Shown here: positions 53,901-64,000 of the stretch, in pieces | Layout: the number at the start of each line of letters is the position of its first letter | How positions within the stretch are numbered: the stretch's first letter is position 1 | DNA from: Lama glama | Taxonomy: Eukaryota | Direction of reading: 5' to 3' | Length of the DNA stretch: 64,000 nucleotides | NCBI GenBank assembly: GCA_028534125.1 | Contig: CM052817.1 | Location: 93,870,001-93,934,000, forward strand | Position numbers and translations under genes: made by a program | Notes under the pieces: model-generated | Told to the model about the DNA's origin: nothing | The model's input: the letters and a program-made list of their open reading frames with translations, nothing else | Databases searched by the model: none

Positions 53901-56900
53901 CGCAGATTTCCTTTTTGATAATTGCATAAACTTGGAGGATATCTTCTTTAATGAGTGGATTTCCTAGTAATGTATATGCAAGACAAGTGGGTACCCCAAG
54001 CCTTGGGGAATGGGTGCAGCATTATATTCATATAACCAAATGAAAGCCACTCTTACTAATAGCCCTTGGTGTGGAGAGCTGTTCTCCATAGAGGAAGTAT
54101 GGGCAAAAATTGCATAGAAGTTAGATTAAAGAGATCCCTGGAAACACAAACATTGAGATCATGACTGCATCTCTTTTAATAAAGATTATTGTTATTATTA
54201 AAAACTTTATTGATTAGTATAGTTGCACTAATGAGAATACTAATGTGACCACAGACAGACTTAACACTATGGGGAGAGACCTCTAGAACATCCCGCCCCA
54301 TGCTGAAAGTTACTAGTAGGTCTGCAGTGACAGCACTGCATCAGTGAACTGAATGCAGAGAAAACTGCAAGGCCTTCCATTCTGAGCAGCAACATGTGGC
54401 AGTGACGGAAATAAAGTCAGCAGAAAACAAAGACTTCCTTTCTCCATGAGAGTTTAGAAGTATGACCAAGGTTACGAGTAATTTTCAATACAATCAAAGA
54501 GAAGAAAACTTCATGAATAAGATATTGGACTTTCTAATAATCTGGGTACATGAATACTCAAGCTGGTATTAATTTGAAAAGTAAAATAAATATGAACTCT
54601 TTTGTACCCAAGGTGGTGAAGTGGATCATACCAGTAAGATAAGAAAGAAAAAAACTATGCCCACGACTAGCCTCAGGGGTACCCAGGAAAAGCCGAACCA
54701 TCTAGTTGGGCTTCACGAAGAACAGGACTGGAGTAGAGCTGGCCTCTTGGAGCCTGAAACTGGGAGGTGGTTCAGAGCAGAAGGCTGCTGGGAAGCTGAG
54801 CAGCGGGAACTGGATCTCACCCTAGTGGCCCATCACTAATGTGACAGCTCTTCTGTGAGTATTTCCTTCTTTCTTTTCCTGCTACCACCAATCTCTTCAC
54901 CCTCTGTGTATCTCTGTTACCTTCTCATAGCTTCTGTTTACCCATGATTTGGCTCCACTGTGGCCATAGCGGTTTAGTATTGTCTCCCTCTGCTAACTGC
55001 CTCTGACCTTCCTAACTGACATCACCCACAACAAGCACTAATGAGCGCAGGTAAACTTTACATGGACCAAACTCGCCACAAGGATCCATCTTTTAGTCAT
55101 CTGCCAGCCTACTGCCCTTGGGTTAGAAGCCCATCAGGCCCAATCATATTGGTGTTAAACCACATGCAGAAAAACCACAAGTGGGAGAAGAGGAGAGAGC
55201 AGAGGAGAGCTGGCCGAGAGCTGGCTGCCCAGCACTCTCCATCAGCAGAGTCTGGGCACAGGGCAGTTTTCTTTAGAAACGACTATGGATCTTTGCAGAA
55301 TCCCCTGCCAAGTCTTCATGCTAGGAAACTCTATGAGGACTTGGAAACTCTGTAAGAACAAGATGTATAGGAACTTAGCAGAGATTATTTAAATACTTAT
55401 TTTAACAGGGGCTGAATATGGGCTAGGAGTGGAATGTTAGACTAAACTCACTATAACTCTCCATTGCCAAGCAGAGTTCACTTAGAATTTAGGAAACTAA
55501 CAAATCAAAACTTTGCCAGAAGAAAAATGCTTTCTAAATTAATAAAATTAAAGGTTTTGTGCATCTCTCTTCTTGCTCCTGAAACCTCTTAGCGTGCCCA
55601 ACTCCTTACTCCATGTATTACAGTATATTATGATTAAACCAGAGTTTAATGTATGCTCCACAAACACCCATGTCGTATTCACAGCCCCTAATGAGACTAT
55701 GAGTTGAATATATTAAATTTAAAACCATTATGTTGAAGACAGAACAAAAAAAAATCATCGGTTAGTATGCTAATGTGATGATCTTTCAGACACAAGCTGG
55801 TAGCCAGACCAGCCTCTATTACCAAACAAGGACACCACCTTTATTTAATGGTTTCTTCTCTGCACGTGCCCAAGGACACAATAAAAAGAAAAAAACGATC
55901 TATGGGGTTAATGGGTAAAGACAATGAGAAAGAATCAAGAAATTTCACACAGTAGGAAGAGTTCCAATTTTTTTTTTTAATCTTGGATTTAAAATCACAA
56001 GGGCTTCCACTGCTTAAGGAAGGTGAAGACTGCAGCTCAAGTGCTTGGTTTCGGCTTGGCTCTATGTTTAAAGGGGTGGGTTTATTTTGTGATTCATTTG
56101 CTCTCCAAGGAGAATACTGAGACTGCAGCACAAATATAGATACCTTAATTCAATTCTGGAACTAAAAGTTGAGTTAATTTTTTTTCAAACAACTTACAAA
56201 GAGTAATGCAAATTTTGATCATATAGGTTTTGTCCAATCCTGCTGTAGGTCAAAAAATATCTTTAGAATTTTAAGTATACATATCCTATCTCATTTTATG
56301 TTTCTTACTCCTTATTGATTTACTTTGCTCCGTAAAACATTTTACTGTACATAGAAGCAAGCTTGGAAGATTTTCTGCAAATCGAGCATAATGTCCCTGC
56401 TAGCTGCCCTAGGGGTTTTGAGCTATAATGATTTTTCTTTCGATTACCCTATTAATCGGTGAGGAAATACATGAGGTTATAAATGTATTTTCCTATGCCT
56501 ATCATACAAGCTGACATATAATTTCAAAAGATTAGAAGGTACATCACTTCTCTCTAATAAGTAAATATTAGATTCAGCATTCCTATCAGTACGGCATGAA
56601 GTGAGTACTGTGACTTCATCTCAATAGCCCTCTGCCATGAAAGCCTTTTACCTCCATTAGTTAAGAACGTCATAGCAATTCAGGTACCACAGGTACTATG
56701 GAAACATCATACCCTAAGGTAGAAAGCTCTATCCCAAGCAGTGATCCATTCATTTGTATTCAATAATCTATATAAGGCACAAGGTGCATCTCTGGTACTA
56801 CATTAATAATGAATGACAGTAAGAAAGTTAGGAGATCAATGATAGATCAATTAAGATGAAAAAAATCACAGTAATTGAGAAAATATGGAGTATCGGAAAG

Positions 56901-59749
56901 TAAAAGGACATACTAAGCAAAATCAAAATGAAAAACATTTTGCAAAAAAGCTAACTAAACAAACTAAACTAAAGCAAAAATGATAACTTTATAATGTAAG
57001 TAGCTAACAGTTGATCCAACAGAAGGTAGCTAACTTACCAAAGTATTTAACATCAAAGGGTTCTAAACATGAGACCAGGTAGAATAAAATTAGAAGTGTT
57101 TAAATATACACAAAGAAAGGAAGATTTTCAATTTTATTTAAAACAAAATACAGTAGAAGAGTTAGAAATTATTCTATAAATATGTTAAGATATATTTAAA
57201 TTAAAAATCACAATGATGGTTACCTTTTGTAAAAGACCCATCATTAGCTGCCAGTCACTATTTCTCTTCCCTGAGTTAAGGTTCTCTACTCTGGCTTTTT
57301 CCCTTGTATGTTTGTAATAAGTGCTGACTGTTGAAGATGAAGGTCACCAATTATTAAATGTCACGCCCCTGTACCTTCATGACTTGTTTGTTCCCTTGAA
57401 TATATTATCAACATTCCAAAAAGGAAACATACGAGGACAAGATGACTTCATATATTTTTCATGGGACAGAAAATGTTATGAGGATAGGAATTATTACTAA
57501 CTTACCTAAAAAGAACCCTGTCATTAGTCTCCAGAGACCATCTAAACTGAGAAAATCCCTTCATCTTAAAAAAGGTGGTAAATAAGTTTGTCAAAGGAAG
57601 AATGTAATTTCTTTAATACACCAGTTTCCCAAGAATAAATAGAAAGCATTCAATCCTCTTCTTTCCTATCCCTTCCTCTTCTATCTAATGATACTTTTAA
57701 TTTGGTAGTTTTATTACCTCTCAGGCAGTGGGGGCTGGGAGTGTAGTATAACTTGAAGAAGGAGATGCATAACTATGTGGTCCTGTGTTAGATCCTGAGG
57801 CAATCTGAGCAGTAGGAAATGCAGAATCTTCTATTTCTGCAATACTGATATCTTTAAAATACAGAACTTACAGAATTCAGGGAAGTCACAGAGAGAAGGG
57901 CATGATGGAAAAGTACGTCTATAATTGTTTTGTTTTGTTTTTTAATTTAAGGGGTAGTTATTTTTTGGACACAACTTAGGATGTTCTGTAATATCTATAT
58001 TTTGTTAAATTGAAGTGTAGTCACATAAACACACCTAAACACACATATACATTACATATGAATTTGCCAGTGGTTCTGATATTCCAAGACTTTCAACAGT
58101 TGAAACTACAGAATTAGAAGTGGAGCCAAATTCAGATAATCAAAGGTAACAGAATTTAGAGTTTAGATACTAGAAAAGGCTGGAAACTGATAACCAACTT
58201 GAAACTACAGATCAAAACTAGACAAATGAGGGTTAGAGAGAACACAGTTGCCAAGATTAAGACAAGTCACTGCATCGAGAACAAGGACCTATGAAAATAA
58301 TGAAAGATCAAGGCAGGAAAGAGAGAGCAAAAATCAGGTCAGTGAGGGAACTTCTGCTAGAACAAAAGCCAGTTCCACAATGCAACAGTCCAGGGCCTAA
58401 ATACAGAAAGTAATTCACATCTGAAAAATGCTAAATGGATTAATCTGATTAGATGAAGACTATGAATAGGTGCCATCCAAAAACCGGGTAAATACACCTT
58501 CTAAGTTCCTGGGAATCTCCTGCAAAGCCTGTAAGAGGTTCTGCAAAGCCTTTGCGTGCTTTTGTGAGCAAAGTATTTAAAAGTTTGAGGAAGAGAATGG
58601 ATATGTATTATGATTAAGCTGCTTGTCAGAAATGTTTGTATTTGTCCCAAGTTTCTAATGCATTTTTGCCTTTGTAGGACTATTTCTGTAAAGACACTGT
58701 AAGTGACCATTTCCACCCATTACTTACTTCTGGGGAAGCCTAAAAAACAGTCCCACTACCCAGAGTGAGGCGCCAAATTGACTTCTATAAATTTTCATGA
58801 ACATTCAGAGGATTTTCAGACAAAACAAGTCTTTCCCACAGGCAATTATGCACCTGTGGGAATGCCGATGACAGCTCTGCACAGCTTTGAGCTTGAAGTT
58901 CACATCTATTCATTTTTTGTTTAGTTCAAAAAAATAAGAAATTTTCTCCCCAAAGCATGAAGAGGCTTAAAACAAAACTGAGGTGAAATTTTAGAACACT
59001 GAGGTCATGATGATGCTGACTTAACGGAAACTGACACACACTTCCTTATCGTCCCATAAAAAGAAAAAGAAGTGATGAGAGTTAAAGGGCAATAGAAACA
59101 TGCAAAAACAAATCAGCTGTTGTTTAATTATTTACACCTAATTATAGCTGCAATAGGATCTAAAAATAATCATTGACACGACCTCTAAAACACCTATTCG
59201 GTTTTATAGGAACGAATTGGAAAAGGTCCTAACATACCAGCTGACTTAATACTGAAGATTTTCCCTCCACGCTCACATTTACCTCTCTCTCTCGCCACAC
59301 ATTGAGGAAGCATCAATGTTTAGTGCTAAACACTTGTCAGAGGATGGGTGGTCATGGTGTATACTCTTTGGAGGTAAATTAAGGTTTTAGTTAGAGCAGA
59401 GTGAAGAATACCCTCCAGACATTACTCTGCTCATGGACTATCTGAAACAAATCAGCCAAATTTCAAGATATTTTTAATTCCAAAAATAAATTTACTCCCT
59501 CACAATTTAAGAATTAAAAACTAAGAGAAGAACACATTTTCTCACACTATCGAACAAAGTGATCCTACATGAATGTCTGCTATACACCAGAAATTTGCTG
59601 GAAGTTGTACTCTTGAAGTTGGTTGTCAGCTTAAGAGCTGAGGGGGGAATTCGAGCAATAAAGGTGTGAATAATACATAAACTCAAAGGGAATGAAACTA
59701 TCATGTTACTTGACAAATACCAGGCCCAAAGAAATAATTCTTCATTCAA

Positions 59750-62280
59750 GTTTAAAAACATCAGAAAGAAATGGGGAATAGGGGACCTTTAAAATAAAAT
59801 TCCTCTGTGATATATAAGAAAGAACTTAGCTATTACCCTAAAAATACATAGAGATGTCTACCTCTAAATAATATTTACCCAAGAAATAAAAGCTTATATT
59901 GTTTTTTTAATCTCAGTGAAATATAAGAAATCATGGACTCAGTGAAATGAGAGATATGACATACATGAAAACTGACCTGGCAGAGAAAAATTAAAATGCA
60001 AAGAAGCCCTTAAGAAAGCACAATAAAATATGAAATAATTAAAATATGCACTGGAACATGTAAAGCACAGAATTAAGACTGCATACAACTTAATCAGTAA
60101 CAACTTAGAGAAATTCCCCAAGAATTTGATAACTACAGTGAAAAAGAAAATTCAATATTTAAATAGTCACCACCAGTGAGAAAGGGAGCAGAAGTAATCA
60201 TCAAAGATTTATTAGAAGGAAAAAATAGTAATGCCCTGAAGTAGAAGGGGAAAAAAAGCATAGACATTGATAACTCAAAAGGCTTACCAAATTTCAGGCA
60301 AAATTTATATAAAATGGGTTAAATTAAATACAAAGTAAACAAAATATTCCAATATAAGATTTTTTTTAATTCAGGCAGAAATAGATTACCTTTGAAGGAT
60401 AAAAAAGAAAGTCAGGCCTGTCTCACTGAACCCAGAAAACCAGAACTATCTTCAGAATTTGGGGAGAAAAAATAACATGGTGATTCAGACAAGATAACAT
60501 GATGAAATGGTTTAACAAATATACTGTCCATCTATACATCTACTTGAAAAATTAAACACAAAAATTTCTTTACTATATTAAGAGAAAATAAAAAGAATGA
60601 GAAACTAGAAACATAAAAGGACTACCTCAAGCAATTTAAAATATGAAAACCTGAAAATCTGATGTATTAGGGAATAGGCTGAGAAACTAAAACAAAAGAC
60701 TTGCAAAATTCAATGGCTCACACAAGATTACAGTTTACTTCTCTCTCTTATAAGAGTCTAGACAGGAAAGGCCGTCCCTGGTAAGTAGGCAGACAGACCA
60801 TGAGGTCATGTGAGGACCCAGATCCCTTCTACCTTCTTGCTCTGCCATCCCTTAGAGTGTTGTCCTCATGAATAAGGTTAAAGATGGAAAGGACAATCGT
60901 ATGTACAATCTAGGCCACGGAAATTGGGACATAGAAGGTGTGGAAAGCAAGTCATTTCCTTATATAAAGTTAATCTGGAAATTGCACACATTACTTTGCT
61001 TACATCCAGTTGAGCAAAGCTTAGTCACATGGCCTCACTTAGCTACAGGGAGATTAGAAACTAAAATCTCTAGCTGAACGGATATGTGACCAACTGAAAC
61101 TCAGATTGTATGTGTGTGTACGGGAGGAAGTCAATTTAAAAAAAAAAAAGATGAGAATATCGAATACTGGGGTTCAATTTGTTAAGTCTTTGTTATTTAT
61201 GTTTACAAAATTCAAAGCAAAAAGCAAAACTGAGTCTTGAAAGAGAAACAAGGTTGAAATCTATAACCAAATAACAAAAATAATAACTTGTATAACTCCA
61301 GATTACATTAGGAAATCAAAAAAAAGGTAACAGGAAGGAACTTATGCTCAATTCTTTATTTTACATAGAATTCAAAAATTCTTATTCTTTAATTTAATTA
61401 GATAAGATTTAGTTTCAAGTTTCATTTTTAATTCAAGTAACTGTTTTTTAAAGTTCAAACAAGATTTTTATCTTTCCGTCACCAGAAAAAAGAAAATGAA
61501 AATCAGAGACAAGAAATCTAACAACAAAGAAACATTCAAAATGAAAAGAGAAAGACAACAGAAATAAGATCACTGTAAAGATTTTGGACAAAAAATAACT
61601 GAACTCTCCTATTAAGCCAAAATCTAACAACAGTCAACTTCAATATTCACACCTAACATTTGTACATTAAAATTCTAAGAACCAAAGGAAGCAAAGATTT
61701 AATAAGCAAAATCAGACCAAAGGAAAGCAAATCGTAATACTAATTTCAAACAAAGTAAATAAGCAATTTAATTTCCAATGAAGATAAAACAATCATTAAC
61801 TTTTATATTGGAAATAGAAGATAATACTGATGGAAAATGATTTTTTTATAAGAATTAGAAAAAAACTCTCTCTTTTACAAAACAAAGACTGACCAAGTCC
61901 CCCTAAATTTTGAGTAGTACAATTAATAAGTTTACTTATTAGATAAATTAAACTTTACTTTAGAGGACATTTACCAAAAAAAAAAAATTACCATGTAGTA
62001 GTAGTTCATGAAAATAATCTCAATAAATGCCAAGAAACATACATTGTACAACTCACATTCTCTGATTGCAAAATGAAACTGATAATTGTCAACAAAAATA
62101 CCCAAATCACTTGGAAATATCAAAAAACCTTGCTAAATAAATCTAGCATGAAAAGAAAAAAATTAAAAGTGCAGTCATAAAGTATTGTTAAATTAAATAC
62201 TATGGTTATTAAATAAAAATAGAAATAAATGAACTCATAATTTAACTCAAAAGTGGTTGAGAAAAAAATTTCTTAAGAAG
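59750..62280 (+). mobile_element. Highly decayed L1/HAL1-type 5' and ORF fragments
   Basis: A-rich strand bias; caactcacattctctgattgcaa and aaatcacttggaaat resemble the L1 endonuclease region. Confidence 0.55.
60663..61100 (-). mobile_element. MLT1I/J-like LTR
   Basis: aatggctcacacaagatt...gacccagatcccttctacctt...ttagtcacatggcctcacttagctacaggga. Confidence 0.7.
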
Positions 62281-62304
62281 GCAAGATGAGTAAAAGTGTT
62301 CACT

Positions 62305-62625
62305 CTATTCAATTATCTATCCTACAAATATTTGGTAAAGGTTTATTACATTCCAGATACTGTAGGCAAATATGTAAATAAGTGGACATATAAACAATAA
62401 ACATTATGTAACATTATGTAACATTATAAACATTATGTAACAATGTTATTTAGAGATTAATGCTGTAAAGAAAAATAGAGTAGGATAAAAAGTTAGAGAC
62501 AGAAATGGGGTAGAAGGAAGTTGTTATTTTAGATAAATCAGTCACAGAGTTTATCTGAAGACGTGACATTTAAACAGACTTGAAAGACAGAAGTGCGCAG
62601 GATAAACAAATGTCTGGTGGAAGAG
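62305..62625 (-). mobile_element. L2 3' fragment
   Basis: attcaattatctatcctacaaatattt...attccagatactgtaggc...gtgacatttaaacagacttgaa. Confidence 0.65.
62391..62443. repeat. Tandem repeat, 9-10 bp unit aacattatgt
   Basis: taaacaataaacattatgtaacattatgtaacattataaacattatgtaacaa. Confidence 0.85.
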
Positions 62626-64000
62626 TTTGATGAAAAAGTACAGAAATAGGTAAATTAGAAAACGGGGAGCAGATTCTTAGAAAAAGTAGTACAGGCACCT
62701 CTGAAAAATATCGCCAAGAAATTTTTTAAAAAGCATGCACGCACAAATACAACTGCAGGAAACTACAGTGGCAAACATAATAAGAAACTTTTACAAAATA
62801 AAGGTATATCTGATACAGCATAGAGAGCACTGACATTTGCTTTGGGAATACTGTGAGGTGTTCATGAATCACCAAAATGATAAATTCTGAAATATTTATT
62901 CAGCTTTCCTCTAAATCACACACCTCAGTAAAAAGTCGTGTGGTTCCCAATACACCCTTGTCCAGCAGTTTAGCTGCCTTTTCCATCTGTGCTAAAGTTT
63001 TCTCTTTAGCCATTTTACTTTTCACATAATAGCCATTTTTCTCAAAGAAGCACATATTTCATTCCTTACAGAGTTACTGTTGACAAGCAGAGAACACAAA
63101 GCCACGGAGATAAAAGTGTTGCACTCAGACCTAGGCTGGCCCAGTCCACATTCTTATCTCAGCAAAATTCAAGATTCTCTTGTCAGGGCTCTTAGGGGCT
63201 AATTGAGAAGACCTGAAACCAAAATATATTGAATCAACTGAATAATTATGTAAACATGAATATGAATTAAAAAAACCCACAGGTGATATACGATATTAAT
63301 TTTAAACAATTAAATCAATAAATAGAAAACTTAAATAGGGTCTTGAATTAGACTTTTCTATAGTCTGAGAATATTGGACAAAGAAACTCCTTTTTAAAGA
63401 GAATACCAAGAAAGTGCCAAATATCCACTCTGGGGCTTCTTAAAAGAAATCAAAATCAGATCTGATTCTTTCATTCCCATCTATCCACCTCAAGCTGATT
63501 TTAAAGAGAAAGCAATGCTAAAGAAAGTTGTTGGACTAGAGAATTATGTGTGCCGTGAGCTATCCGCCCAGAGAGTATTATGGGTTTTCCCTTCTAGTCT
63601 GCCATTTCAACCTGGTTAAGAGTAGTCTCCAAAAGAAGCAGTTGTAGAGATCCAGAGGGCCTGGGAGAAGAGGAGACTGGCATCCCCACCTCTGTCTGGA
63701 TCCTTAGTGTGGAATACAGAAACCCTGGTACTGCCAATACTGAGTGGGTTCAGGAAAGGGAGCTCTTGGGAGAACCTGACATGTATTCCCTGTAGCTAAT
63801 ATGAGCAGATGGCAAGAGCAGGACAAGGAGAGAGGACAGCAAATGGGAGCTTTCACTTGCACTATGTAGAGTAGGTGCTGTGGTCTTGAAGATGTCCTGC
63901 AAGAGAGCAGCCTGAGGACCCCCCTATTAAAGGCTTCAGATGAACTAGTAGGGTGGCAAGGATGTCCCTACGGTGCCCCAAAGGACAAACATCTGCAGCT

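Noticed and set aside
59007..59035. Box C (ATGATGA) and box D (CTGA) motifs
   Set aside because: Only about 30 nt apart with no terminal stem; too short for a C/D snoRNA
59569..59637. Minus-strand exon candidate
   Set aside because: Weak, ambiguous donor and no frame compatibility with the candidate at 62924-63212
62391..62443. Short repeat arrays as CRISPR-like
   Set aside because: Head-to-tail tandem units without spacers, in mammalian DNA

Overview
AT-rich mammalian non-coding DNA, most likely camelid (alpaca, llama or camel), judged from two tRNA-Ala-derived Vic-1-type SINEs and lineage-type L1 3' ends. I recognise no protein-coding gene, functional RNA gene or CRISPR array; the longer ORFs in the track are mostly repeat-derived or look like chance. 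Much of the window is interspersed repeats: L1 (old and young), L2, MIR, MaLR/ERVL/ERV1 LTRs, a decayed ERV-L gag, and MER5A/MER58A/MER8/MER2 DNA transposons. Repeat subfamily names come from recalled consensus sequences, and boundaries without a TSD or TIR are approximate. The best-supported unusual structures are (i) a 49-bp inverted templated copy of a MER58A junction inside a microsatellite 600 bp away, (ii) a 60-bp local duplication carrying TCAAGGTCA inserted in an L2, (iii) a SINE-head/L1-tail composite under one TSD, (iv) a twin-priming 5'-inverted L1, and (v) an L1 with a short 3' transduction. Repeat-poor islands at about 14-14.7, 21.2-21.5, 36-37.8, 55.4-59.7 and 62.9-63.2 kb carry minus-strand splice signals and TF-motif clusters. 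These suggest an unannotated minus-strand spliced lncRNA and enhancers, which is inference only.
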